Shown in pieces: positions 33,708-41,516 of a stretch of 44,962 nt of DNA (within the stretch, counting starts at the first letter, position 1; the number at the start of each line of letters is the position of its first letter). Below the pieces are notes generated by a model. It was given only the letters and a program-made list of their open reading frames with translations. It was not told where the DNA came from and did no database searches. This stretch comes from a virus, in IMG/VR virus record IMGVR_UViG_3300020171_000010, positions 1-44,962 of that record, one strand, 5' to 3'. The position numbers and the translations under genes were made by a program.

Positions 33708-34156
33708 TTTTTATATTTTTAACAATATTGAGTTCAATTTTTTACAGACTCGGCGGAATAGGAAAACCTTATCCTGTTAAAATAAGGGATGGCGGTTGTC
33801 CTTTAGTTGCCCTTACCTTGCTATGGTTATTAGGTAGTTCGGGGCTACAAGGGGTATTTCTGCTTAAAATAGGGCTATTCTTGGTTACTTATGGGCTAAT
33901 GTTTGCCAGTTTGACTACCTATTGGAAAAAGGGTGTAGACGCTAAAGCGATTAACTGGTTTTTCCACGGTTTTGGCGTAGGGATATCTTGCTTACCTTTA
34001 ACTTGGTTAGGGATCGACTGGTGGTTAATTCTTGCCCGGGCCGTTATACTCGGTATAACAATGATGTGGTGGTCAGAAAACAATGATGATGTCCTTTGGG
34101 AAGAAGGCGGCCGTGGCGCCTTAATAATCCTCACTTTGCCTGTTTTGCTAACCTAA
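33695..34156 (+). CDS. Polytopic membrane protein (about 5 transmembrane segments)
   Basis: 153 aa, strongly hydrophobic. No family recognised. Confidence 0.55.
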   Translation: MRILIFIFLTILSSIFYRLGGIGKPYPVKIRDGGCPLVALTLLWLLGSSGLQGVFLLKIGLFLVTYGLMFASLTTYWKKGVDAKAINWFFHGFGVGISCLPLTWLGIDWWLILARAVILGITMMWWSENNDDVLWEEGGRGALIILTLPVLLT

Positions 34157-34157
34157 A

Positions 34158-34565
34158 ATGAGATTCAAACCTTATTGGCAGGATAAGATAAAAAAGATGA
34201 GAAGAAATAACGAAGAACAACGATTGCAAGAATGGTTTGCCTTGTGGCTTAATAGTAAGAATATATTATTTAACGCCTCAATGGCTGGGGTTAATCTTGG
34301 GATAGCAACAGCAAAAGCCCGCAAACAAATGGGTGCAAAGGCAGGATTCCCTGATATATTTATTTATGAACCAAGGGGTGGTTTCAATGGTATGGCGATT
34401 GAATTAAAAGCGAAAGGTGGCACAATGACCAATGAACAAACGGATTGGTCAAATCGCCTTACTGATAAAAAATATTATTCTTTGATTATGTCTGGCAAAC
34501 TTAAATTCTACGAAGCGCAGAAATACTTAGAAAAAGTTACTACGGAATATCTTTCCTTGAAATAA
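34158..34565 (+). CDS. VRR-NUC domain nuclease
   Basis: GFPDIFIYEP...AIELKAKGGTMTNEQTDW contains the PD-(D/E)xK D...ExK core and the Q..W of VRR-NUC. Confidence 0.8.
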   Translation: MRFKPYWQDKIKKMRRNNEEQRLQEWFALWLNSKNILFNASMAGVNLGIATAKARKQMGAKAGFPDIFIYEPRGGFNGMAIELKAKGGTMTNEQTDWSNRLTDKKYYSLIMSGKLKFYEAQKYLEKVTTEYLSLK

Positions 34566-34569
34566 GTCC

Positions 34570-34598
34570 TTGACAAATTCGATTTTATAGATTATACT
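34570..34598 (+). promoter_or_regulatory. Consensus sigma70-like promoter (putative early promoter)
   Basis: TTGACA (34570..34575), a 17-nt spacer, then TATACT (34593..34598). It sits at the start of the largest non-coding gap. Confidence 0.7.
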
Positions 34599-34604
34599 TT
34601 TATT

Positions 34605-34729
34605 GTAATTAGATAGAAAGGAAAAAGTGAATATCCAGATAGGCGGTGATAATAGATTTAAAGGCGAAGTTAAGGCGAAAGCCTTAGACCGATTCACCGT
34701 CGGCCTGGAGCTTCGCCTTTTTTATTTTT
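34605..34729 (+). ncRNA. Candidate promoter-proximal structured small RNA (~125 nt), unclassified
   Basis: It is bounded by the promoter and a terminator. The outer helix is AAAGGCGAAG/CTTCGCCTTT, enclosing AAGGC-GAAA-GCCTT (GNRA loop). An alternative CGGTGA/TCACCG pairing is possible. No convincing ORF. Confidence 0.5.
34660..34729 (+). terminator. Rho-independent terminator with a branched stem
   Basis: A 10-bp helix (34660..34669 with 34711..34720) is followed by TTTTATTTTT. Confidence 0.65.
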
Positions 34730-34999
34730 AGCATCCATACAAAGATAAACACCCTTAACTGGTAATACTAACCTGGGCAGTCTTAGGATGCAAAGTCTAA
34801 CAGAAAACCTTAAAACCGAGAACTCATTCGACGAGGGCTTAATGTTCTCAAAATTCAGCGTTCATCCAGAAATCCTCAATGCAGGGACACTGTGTAGTGG
34901 CGTAAGCCAGGGGTAGCTGTTAGTAAGGCAATGTTTATCGTCAAAATAAAAATACCCTAAAGGGGCTTCCTTTACCTTAAATCTATTCTCTGAGGGCTT
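34730..34999 (+). other. Non-coding region of unknown function (structured RNA, origin or regulatory)
   Basis: Hairpins are GCATCC/GGATGC (34731/34785), GAGAAC/GTTCTC (34818/34843) and TGGC-GTAA-GCCA (34898..34909). Long-range complementarity to 34648..34662 lies near 34968..34986. GAGGGCTTA(A)TG occurs twice. Confidence 0.3.
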
Positions 35000-35173
35000 A
35001 TGAATAAACAAAACTTAATAATTAAAATCGCCTCAATTCTTTTAAAACAAGAAGTGCCACATTGGCGTTGGGAAGTAGCAAATTCTGCTCTAAAAGCAAG
35101 GTATTTGGAACAGGCGGAAGATTTATATGAGATTTTTGTTAATGAAGAAGTTTTAATTAACCAAAAGGAGTAA
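35000..35173 (+). CDS. Hypothetical small protein (57 aa)
   Basis: Hand-translated MNKQNLIIKIASILLKQEVPHWRWEVANSALKARYLEQAEDLYEIF... with a GAGGG ribosome-binding site. Not in the ORF track. Confidence 0.45.
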   Translation: MNKQNLIIKIASILLKQEVPHWRWEVANSALKARYLEQAEDLYEIFVNEEVLINQKE

Positions 35174-35176
35174 CCA

Positions 35177-35383
35177 ATGGATATTAAAAAAGAGTTTGAT
35201 GTAGTCGCTAAAGCATTACGAGAAGATGAATCTTTTTATTATGGTTGGCAATCAAATATAGCAATGGCGTTTGTTGATGTATTAACAAATGCGGGATACG
35301 ATTTTCCTGATAGAAACATATTAGCAAATAGGGCGGCAAAAAACTTTCTGGATTTATTGATAAAAGAGAAAAAAATATCTTAA
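35177..35383 (+). CDS. Hypothetical protein
   Basis: 68-aa ORF with an AAGGAG ribosome-binding site. Confidence 0.55.
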   Translation: MDIKKEFDVVAKALREDESFYYGWQSNIAMAFVDVLTNAGYDFPDRNILANRAAKNFLDLLIKEKKIS

Positions 35384-35444
35384 TTCTTTTCCAGGGGCAA
35401 AGTATTTTTAAATCCTCGTCGCTGTGGAGGTCTTAAAATAGTTA

Positions 35445-35473
35445 TTGACAAATGGTATATTATAGTATAAACT
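35445..35473 (+). promoter_or_regulatory. Sigma70-like promoter
   Basis: TTGACA at 35445..35450 with downstream TGGTATATT (extended -10-like) and TATAAA/TAAACT candidates. It shares AATGGTATATT with the promoter at 42128. Confidence 0.5.
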
Positions 35474-35482
35474 TATACCAAG

Positions 35483-35647
35483 ATGAAAAAAGAGAAGATT
35501 TATAAAGCCAAACTACATATTGAAATCCCCGAAAGATACCACGATTTATTAGTAGAAATAAAAGACGATACAGGTATTTCATTTAATAAATTGGTATCAA
35601 GGGCAATAAGAAACTTTCTAAAGGCAAAATTATATATAGTGGATTAA
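35483..35647 (+). CDS. Ribbon-helix-helix (Arc/CopG-like) DNA-binding protein
   Basis: Hand-translated MKKEKIYKAKLHIEIPERYHDLLVEIKDDTGISFNKLVSRAIRNFLKAKLYIVD, a beta-strand/helix/helix pattern. Not in the ORF track. Confidence 0.65.
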   Translation: MKKEKIYKAKLHIEIPERYHDLLVEIKDDTGISFNKLVSRAIRNFLKAKLYIVD

Positions 35648-35649
35648 CT

Positions 35650-36261
35650 ATGCCTAAATTCCTGCGCATCAAACATAAAAATAACCCCCGCTGTTCAAAA
35701 CTCAGATTATTTTGGATGAGAGTCCTTTTAAGTCTGGGTTTTTTTCTTTGCGCGCAGGCAGAGGCAGCGGGGCCTAAATCAACTAATCCCTTACCTGCGG
35801 ATAATTCTGACCCAAGTGTCCAATCAAATCCTCGCACCTTGCGGGGCCCATTAGACACCTCCTTTTTACAGGCGAAAAAAAAGATGCCTGGCTATTCGCG
35901 GGTAGGGGTTATTGATTTAGACATAATCGCCACCATCGAATCATCAAACAATCCTATGGCGTATAATCCCAAAAGTGGGGCAAGAGGATTGTATCAGATT
36001 ACCCCGATTTGTCTAAAAGATTACAATAGCCAAAATACCCCCCAAATCGCCCCTACACGCCTTTTTGACCCCTTTATCAATAAACAGGTGGCTAAATGGT
36101 ATTTAACGCAACGTATACCCCTATTCTTGCGAAATAAAGGCATTCCTATAACGGTTGCCAACATTCTTTGGTGCTATAACGCAGGGATAGGTAATCTATT
36201 AAAAAGAAAAATACCAAAAGAAACCAGGGATTATATTGCTAAATACAGGAGATTACAATGA
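35650..36261 (+). CDS. Secreted lytic transglycosylase (SLT domain)
   Basis: Signal-like N-terminus ...MRVLLSLGFFLCAQAEAAG. SLT motifs are IESSNNP (catalytic E-S), GLYQIT and CYNAGIGN. Confidence 0.85.
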   Translation: MPKFLRIKHKNNPRCSKLRLFWMRVLLSLGFFLCAQAEAAGPKSTNPLPADNSDPSVQSNPRTLRGPLDTSFLQAKKKMPGYSRVGVIDLDIIATIESSNNPMAYNPKSGARGLYQITPICLKDYNSQNTPQIAPTRLFDPFINKQVAKWYLTQRIPLFLRNKGIPITVANILWCYNAGIGNLLKRKIPKETRDYIAKYRRLQ

Positions 36262-36416
36262 CCGCCCATACTGAACTTGAAAAGATTTGCAAAAATATTG
36301 ACCGCAAGGCGCGCAGACTCAGGCGACTTCGCAAAGTTAGAGGCGAACCATTATCGCTGGGGATGACCGAGAGGATAATGGAGGGATATAAATCAGGAAA
36401 GAATATGGGGGATTGA
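36258..36416 (+). CDS. Hypothetical small basic protein (52 aa)
   Basis: Hand-translated MTAHTELEKICKNIDRKARRLRRLRKVRGEPLSLG..., with an ATGA overlap upstream. Confidence 0.4.
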   Translation: MTAHTELEKICKNIDRKARRLRRLRKVRGEPLSLGMTERIMEGYKSGKNMGD

Positions 36417-36418
36417 GG

Positions 36419-36598
36419 ATGACTATATATAAAATTTCTTTATTGATATTAGTTGACCGTGAATGGAAATGGGTTAAAGACGCTTATGATTATCTTGATA
36501 GAATTTTTCATTATTTCAAACAATCAAAAGCGATAGAGGATTATAGATTATTAAAAGTTTATAAATTTAAAAGAAAAAGGAAATTAGCAAATGTCTAA
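36419..36598 (+). CDS. Hypothetical protein
   Basis: ORF 36413..36598. ATG at 36419 follows GGGGGATTGAGG. Confidence 0.45.
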   Translation: MTIYKISLLILVDREWKWVKDAYDYLDRIFHYFKQSKAIEDYRLLKVYKFKRKRKLANV

Positions 36599-36773
36599 CC
36601 TCATCCCCGTAACTTATCTCGGCAAGCAGTCAGGGTTTAATATCGTAACTGATTTTTATTTAGTCAATATGCAGGATGGGCGGACGGTCAAATATCATCC
36701 TGAATTGCATAATATTGTGGGGATGGATAAACGGTGCAAAGAGAAAGAAATACCAAATCTAAAAAGAAAGTGA
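36591..36773 (+). CDS. Hypothetical protein
   Basis: 60-aa ORF with an 8-nt overlap upstream. Confidence 0.45.
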   Translation: MSNLIPVTYLGKQSGFNIVTDFYLVNMQDGRTVKYHPELHNIVGMDKRCKEKEIPNLKRK

Positions 36774-36781
36774 GGTGAAAT

Positions 36782-36964
36782 TTGGCAAGATATTGTTGCC
36801 GCAAGAATAAAAAGGTAAGTATCAAAAAAGCTAATGAATATTGCATTTTACATCGTTGCCCTGAGTTAATGGTTAATAGGCCGGTAATTGAACGAGGGAG
36901 ATTAAAACATATCCAAGTGCCGGTAGTATTAGAAACTTTGATTGATAATAATTTCAGTTGCTAA
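36782..36964 (+). CDS. Hypothetical protein (TTG start)
   Basis: 60-aa ORF with GAGGTGAAAT upstream of the TTG. Confidence 0.35.
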   Translation: MARYCCRKNKKVSIKKANEYCILHRCPELMVNRPVIERGRLKHIQVPVVLETLIDNNFSC

Positions 36965-36980
36965 AAAGGAGATGATTAAA

Positions 36981-37733
36981 ATGAAGAATAAGGCGGTAGT
37001 TATTAAAAATAGAGAACCGAGAGAAGTAATTGTTGTGGATAATTCTCCTGCAGGAATGATACGAACGGCGGTTGCGGGTGGTGCTGATTTGGATAAATTG
37101 GAGAAATTGCTTACCTTGCAAGAAAGGTTTGAGGCGAACGAGGCTAAAAAGGCATATACACAAGCATTATCCGCCTTTAAGTGTGAGGTACCGGATGTTA
37201 AACGTGATAAAAAGAATAAACAATACGATAGCACCTATGTATCAAAAGGCAACCTCATCAAAACCATAACCCCGATTTTAAGCAAATTTGGGTTATCTGC
37301 TAATTTCTCTTATAAGAATTTGCCTGAAAACTTTGTAGAGGTAGCTTGTCGTTTAACTCATCAGCGGGGGCATAGTGAAGAAACATCTTTTTCTGCTCCG
37401 GCGGATATTTCTGGCTCAAAAAATCCTATACAGCAATTAAAATCTACAATAACTTATTTGGAAAAAATTACCTTTGCTGGGATTTTAGGGATAGAATCCA
37501 CTGAAGAAGTTGATGATGATGGGCGAGGTTCGGCGCCGGCTGAGTTGATAGACAAAAAACAGTTAAGTCAGTTGCTTGATATATTAAGCGAAATCAAAGG
37601 TGATCCTCTTGAAAATCTACAAAAATTCCGGGTATACCTAAAACTTGAAAAACTGGAAGATATGCTTAAAACCGATTTTCAGAAAGCTGTTAATGCGTTG
37701 GAAGCCAAAAGAAAAGCACAGGGGAAAGTATGA
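36981..37733 (+). CDS. erf: ERF-family single-strand annealing protein
   Basis: KKAYTQALSAFKCEV...YDSTYVSKGNLIKTITPILSKFGLS...CRLTHQRGHSEE...STITYLEKITFAGILGI matches the ERF pattern (..YA.L..i......L...Gl / GSA.TYa.RY....LlGI). Start chosen at the ATG 6-7 nt after AAGGAG. Confidence 0.75.
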   Translation: MKNKAVVIKNREPREVIVVDNSPAGMIRTAVAGGADLDKLEKLLTLQERFEANEAKKAYTQALSAFKCEVPDVKRDKKNKQYDSTYVSKGNLIKTITPILSKFGLSANFSYKNLPENFVEVACRLTHQRGHSEETSFSAPADISGSKNPIQQLKSTITYLEKITFAGILGIESTEEVDDDGRGSAPAELIDKKQLSQLLDILSEIKGDPLENLQKFRVYLKLEKLEDMLKTDFQKAVNALEAKRKAQGKV

Positions 37734-38329
37734 GAATAATTGAGTGCGTCCAAAACTCTCCTGAATGGTTTGCGGCGCGTTGTGGGATTCCGACATCCTC
37801 TAATTTTGATAAGATAATTACTGCGGATGGTAAACCTTCAAAACAAAGACAAAAATATCTTTACCAACTGGCAGGGGAAAGAAGCGCAGGAAAAGCCGAG
37901 GAAACTTATCAAAATGCTGCTATGCTCCGGGGAATAGAAATGGAAGATGAGGCGCGAAAACTCTATGAGGTAATAACCGGAGGAACGGTTATCCAAGTAG
38001 GATTATGTATTACCGAGGGAAAAACAATCTATGCCGCCAGCCCGGATGGGTTATTCAAAGATGACGGGTTGGTTGAGATTAAATGCCCTTTGATTTATAC
38101 GCACGTTTCCTATCTGTTGAATGGGGGATTAGTGGAAGATTATTTCCAGCAGTTGCAGGGGCAGTTATTGGTTACGGGTAGAAAATGGGTGGAGATAATG
38201 TCCTATTATCCTGGATTGAAACCTTTACTTGTGCCGGTTAACCGAGACGAAAAGTTTTTAAAAGCACTTAAAATAGAACTGGAAATTTTCTGCGGGGAAC
38301 TTGAGGAAGTAACCGCTAAAATAAAATAA
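37730..38329 (+). CDS. YqaJ-like (lambda Exo-type) recombination exonuclease
   Basis: SPEWFAARCGIPTSSNFDKI, ASPDGL and VEIKCP motifs (PD-ExK). ATGA-coupled to erf. Confidence 0.85.
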   Translation: MRIIECVQNSPEWFAARCGIPTSSNFDKIITADGKPSKQRQKYLYQLAGERSAGKAEETYQNAAMLRGIEMEDEARKLYEVITGGTVIQVGLCITEGKTIYAASPDGLFKDDGLVEIKCPLIYTHVSYLLNGGLVEDYFQQLQGQLLVTGRKWVEIMSYYPGLKPLLVPVNRDEKFLKALKIELEIFCGELEEVTAKIK

Positions 38330-38343
38330 AGGGGGTTATTAAA

Positions 38344-39141
38344 ATGGAAAATCAATTACAGATTATCATCAAAGAGAGTGGACTCGAACCTACTAAGGCA
38401 AAGTATATTCTGGAGCAATTTGTAGACTATTTTAACTTAGCTGATGAATGGACAATCAAGGCAAGGGCAATCGTAGTTACAAACGAAAACCAAAAAGCCG
38501 AAATGGAGATGGCGCGCACCGGCCGTTTATTCTTGCGTGAAAAAAGGATTGCCATAGAAACGTCGCGAAAGGAATTAAAAGAACAGTCGTTACGAGAAGG
38601 TAAAGCGATTGACGGTATCGCTAATATTCTGAAAGCCTTAATCGTGCCTATTGAAGAATATTTGGAGAACCAGGAGAAATTTGTCGAGATACAGGAAGAA
38701 AAAAAACTCGAAACCAAACGTCAAGAGATTGAAAGGCGAATGGCAGAAGAAGAACGGATTGCTCAAGAGAAAGCCGCAGTAGAACAGGAAAGGCTTAGGA
38801 TTGAGAATATAAAACTAAAGAAGGAAGCCGAAGCAAGGGAGTGGAAAATTAAGAAAGAACGTGAGGAGCAAGAGAAAATCTTGGCTGTTGAACGCGCTAA
38901 GGCTGACTCTTTAGCAGAAAGAGTAGCAATAGAAGCCAAACAAGAACGGGATAAGCAAGCTAAAAAGTTATCTATGGAACGCATTAAGGCTGAAGCAGAC
39001 CGCAAAATAGCCGAAGAAAAAGCGTTTAAAGAACGTGCAAAGTTGGAAGCCGAACGGAAAGAGAAAGAACGGTTGGAGGCAATCTTAAAAGCACAAATAA
39101 CCTGCCCTTATTGCGGCAAAAAGTGGACTCCGAAAAAATGA
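38344..39141 (+). CDS. Coiled-coil protein with a C-terminal zinc knuckle (DUF1351-like N-terminus?)
   Basis: 265 aa with an E/K/R-rich central coiled coil and C-terminal CPYCGKKW. Confidence 0.5.
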   Translation: MENQLQIIIKESGLEPTKAKYILEQFVDYFNLADEWTIKARAIVVTNENQKAEMEMARTGRLFLREKRIAIETSRKELKEQSLREGKAIDGIANILKALIVPIEEYLENQEKFVEIQEEKKLETKRQEIERRMAEEERIAQEKAAVEQERLRIENIKLKKEAEAREWKIKKEREEQEKILAVERAKADSLAERVAIEAKQERDKQAKKLSMERIKAEADRKIAEEKAFKERAKLEAERKEKERLEAILKAQITCPYCGKKWTPKK

Positions 39142-39218
39142 TATGCTATTTATGCGGAGAAGAAACCAATATAAAAGAAACCGATTATGAAGATCGTAAT
39201 TATCTAAAAATATGTTGA
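39138..39218 (+). pseudogene. Possible truncated zinc-ribbon gene fragment (26 aa)
   Basis: Hand-translated MICYLCGEETNIKETDYEDRNYLKIC. It resembles the start of ORF 40104..40289 (IICWYCKKEFEY...Y.D) on the other side of the HNH gene. Confidence 0.25.
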
Positions 39219-40153
39219 TAAATCCAAATAACTATGATACAATTTTAGGCAGTGAGAGGGAAGTGGATTTTTTATTGCCTAAAACACGGACGCAAAGTAG
39301 GCTTGAAAAGTTTAACCACTTTTCTCTCACGGCTGAAATGCGTCCTTTTTATTTGGCGAAAGAAATGAAGCTTTGTTTAGATTGTGGCAAAAAACTTAAA
39401 GATTATAGGTCAATTAGATGTAGGTCTTGTTCTAAAAAAAAGTTATTTCAAAATCGAGAAAAAACTCCTAATTGGAAAGGTGGAAAACCTAAATGCATAG
39501 TTTGTAAAAAAATATTAAAATCATATACATCTAGTAAATGTTCAAAATGTGCAAAATTGGGAATTACTTTTAGTGATGAACGTAGGAATAAAATTAAGCA
39601 ATCCTTACAAAGAACTATCAAGGAAAGAGGAAGTTGGGGTTTTCAAAATGGACATTTGCCTTGGAATACTGGTAAAAAAAGACCAAAGATGAGTGGGGAT
39701 AAACATCCTAATTGGAAAGGTGGAGATTTAGAAAAAAATTGTAAAGAATGCGGGAAAGTATTTTATAGCAAACATTCTTATATTAACAGAGGTTACTTTT
39801 GCACAAGAAAATGTTTTATTAAATGGAAAATTAAGAACTCACCTAAAAAAGAAAAACATTATAATTGGAAAGGAGGAATAACACCTGAAATAAACAAAAG
39901 AACAAGTTCTCTTAAATGGAAAACAATTAGAAATATGGTTTATGAAAGAGATGTTTGGAAATGTCAAATATGCAACAAACATTGTGATAAAGATATTCAA
40001 TGCCATCATATTATCCCTTATAGAATTTCTTATAATGATGATTTTAAAAATCTAGTAACTCTTTGTAAAGCTTGTCATATAAAAGAAGAAAGAAATTACC
40101 CTAATGGCAAATTCACACAAGATCATTTGTTGGTATTGCAAAAAAGAATTTGA
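39212..40153 (+). CDS. HNH homing endonuclease (class A)
   Basis: VWKCQICN...IQCHHIIPY...NLVTLCKACHIKEE, with three (T/H)(P/Y)NWKGG repeats. LDCGKKLKDYRSIRCRSCSKK is paralogous to the gene at 11599..12282. The N-terminal ~50 aa are uncertain. Confidence 0.8.
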   Translation: MLINPNNYDTILGSEREVDFLLPKTRTQSRLEKFNHFSLTAEMRPFYLAKEMKLCLDCGKKLKDYRSIRCRSCSKKKLFQNREKTPNWKGGKPKCIVCKKILKSYTSSKCSKCAKLGITFSDERRNKIKQSLQRTIKERGSWGFQNGHLPWNTGKKRPKMSGDKHPNWKGGDLEKNCKECGKVFYSKHSYINRGYFCTRKCFIKWKIKNSPKKEKHYNWKGGITPEINKRTSSLKWKTIRNMVYERDVWKCQICNKHCDKDIQCHHIIPYRISYNDDFKNLVTLCKACHIKEERNYPNGKFTQDHLLVLQKRI

Positions 40154-40289
40154 ATACCAGGGAGATAAATATCAAGATGTTTTTTGTTTTTTCTGCGATA
40201 TTATGATTTCCGTATATGACCCAGCGGATTACATTCCAATTCCGCCGGAACAAGAGGAAGAATGGATATTATCTTCGTCGCTAAAGTAG
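40104..40289 (+). CDS. Small zinc-ribbon protein
   Basis: CWYC...CFFC. It overlaps the HNH 3' end by 50 nt. No clear ribosome-binding site. Confidence 0.4.
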   Translation: MANSHKIICWYCKKEFEYQGDKYQDVFCFFCDIMISVYDPADYIPIPPEQEEEWILSSSLK

Positions 40290-40651
40290 ACAAAGGAAAC
40301 CTCGTTTTAAATGATGCCTCAAGGTTTAAGGAATATCTGCGGAGCCTGGACGGGCAGGTGGTAGATGTTATTGTGCGCAAACCGAAGAAACCACGAAGTA
40401 ATAACCAGAACGCTTATATGTGGGGAATAGTTTATCAGTTAATCAGCGAAACTACTGGTTATACGCCTAATGAAGTCCACGACGCAATGCGTATGTTATT
40501 TTTATTGGACCGGTCAAGGAAGATACCTACTTTGCGTTCTACAACTGAATTATCTACGGTTGAGATGGAAGATTATCTAAGTAAAATTAGAGAATTTGCT
40601 TCTATGGAACTTAACTGTTATGTGCCAGAACCCAATGAAGTTAATTTATAA
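40262..40651 (+). CDS. NinB/Orf-like (or HNHc_6-like) recombination-associated protein
   Basis: PRSNNQNAYMWGIVYQLISETTGYTPNEVHDAMRMLF parallels lambda NinB RSLDQNRKLWACLGDVS. A later STTELST.EMEDYLSKIREFA block is also present. Confidence 0.45.
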   Translation: MDIIFVAKVDKGNLVLNDASRFKEYLRSLDGQVVDVIVRKPKKPRSNNQNAYMWGIVYQLISETTGYTPNEVHDAMRMLFLLDRSRKIPTLRSTTELSTVEMEDYLSKIREFASMELNCYVPEPNEVNL

Positions 40652-40661
40652 GGAGGGCCTT

Positions 40662-40928
40662 ATGCCTAACGATACCGAGCAAGAAGAAATGGTAAGGGAA
40701 CACAATTTGCACCAAGAAGAGATTATCAACAAAAAGTATAGCCAGGAAACACTAATACTCAATTATCTGCGTGCTGGTAATTCGTTGACACCCTTAGAGG
40801 CGCTGAGACTCTGGGGTTGTTTTAGATTAGGCGCAAGGATATATGACCTTAAGCGACAGGGATACGATATTAAAATGAAATTGGTTGCAGGCGATAACAG
40901 AAAACATTTCGCCAAATATTATCTATGA
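40662..40928 (+). CDS. Helix-turn-helix protein (HTH_39-like)
   Basis: ILNYLRAGNSLTPLEALRLWGCFRLGARIYDLKRQGYDI. ATG at 40662 follows AAGGAGGG. Confidence 0.65.
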   Translation: MPNDTEQEEMVREHNLHQEEIINKKYSQETLILNYLRAGNSLTPLEALRLWGCFRLGARIYDLKRQGYDIKMKLVAGDNRKHFAKYYL

Positions 40929-41314
40929 AAAAATTTAAAGGGTTAATGACTTCCTGGCGATCTGATTGGCGAACTCCTAAAATATTATTTGATGAACTTA
41001 ATAAGGAATTTCACTTTAATTTTGATCCTTGCCCCAATAATCCGACTTTTGATGGGTTATCTATTGAATGGGGGGGGGCAACCTTTTGCAATCCTCCTTA
41101 TGGCCGGACAATAGGATTATGGCTTAAAAAAGGATATGACGAATGGCAAAAAGGGAAGTTAATTGTTTTTTTAATTCCATCAAGAACAGACACTATTTGG
41201 TGGCATAGTTTTGTTATGAAAGCGACGGAGATTAGGTTTATAGAAGGTAGATTAAAGTTTAGTGAATATCACAACTCAGCACCGTTTCCAAGTGCGGTTG
41301 CAATTTTTAAATAA
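40925..41314 (+). CDS. dam: Phage-type DNA N6-adenine methyltransferase
   Basis: WRTPKILFDELNKEFHFNFDPC ... WGGATFCNPPYG (NPPY catalytic motif). Confidence 0.85.
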   Translation: MKKFKGLMTSWRSDWRTPKILFDELNKEFHFNFDPCPNNPTFDGLSIEWGGATFCNPPYGRTIGLWLKKGYDEWQKGKLIVFLIPSRTDTIWWHSFVMKATEIRFIEGRLKFSEYHNSAPFPSAVAIFK

Positions 41315-41339
41315 GGTTTCCACAAACATTCGCGGGGGT

Positions 41340-41516
41340 ATGAAGATGAAATCATCAGAAATGAAGCCTAATCTAAAAATTGTCTCTCCAGAAAATAAAA
41401 TTTGGATAGTTATAAAAAAATATGCGCCAGGTTTATGGATGATAAAAAGAGGAACAAAAAAAGGAAAGCTTTGTTTTCTCGCTCAAGGGCAACTAAGAAT
41501 GTTTCGTCCAGTATAA
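41340..41516 (+). CDS. Hypothetical protein; possible upstream part of a -1 frameshift product
   Basis: ATG at 41340 follows CGCGGGGG. The zero frame contains A_AAA_AAA at 41456..41462, inside the overlap with the next ORF. Confidence 0.45.
   Translation: MKMKSSEMKPNLKIVSPENKIWIVIKKYAPGLWMIKRGTKKGKLCFLAQGQLRMFRPV

Noticed and set aside
34730-34999. tRNA, tmRNA or group I intron in the large non-coding gap
   Set aside because: I found no cloverleaf or T-loop (GTTCGAATC-like) signature. The flanking genes (VRR-NUC and the small ORF at 35000) are not split exons. I cannot identify P3-P7 or G-binding-site features by eye. The region is left as unclassified structured sequence.
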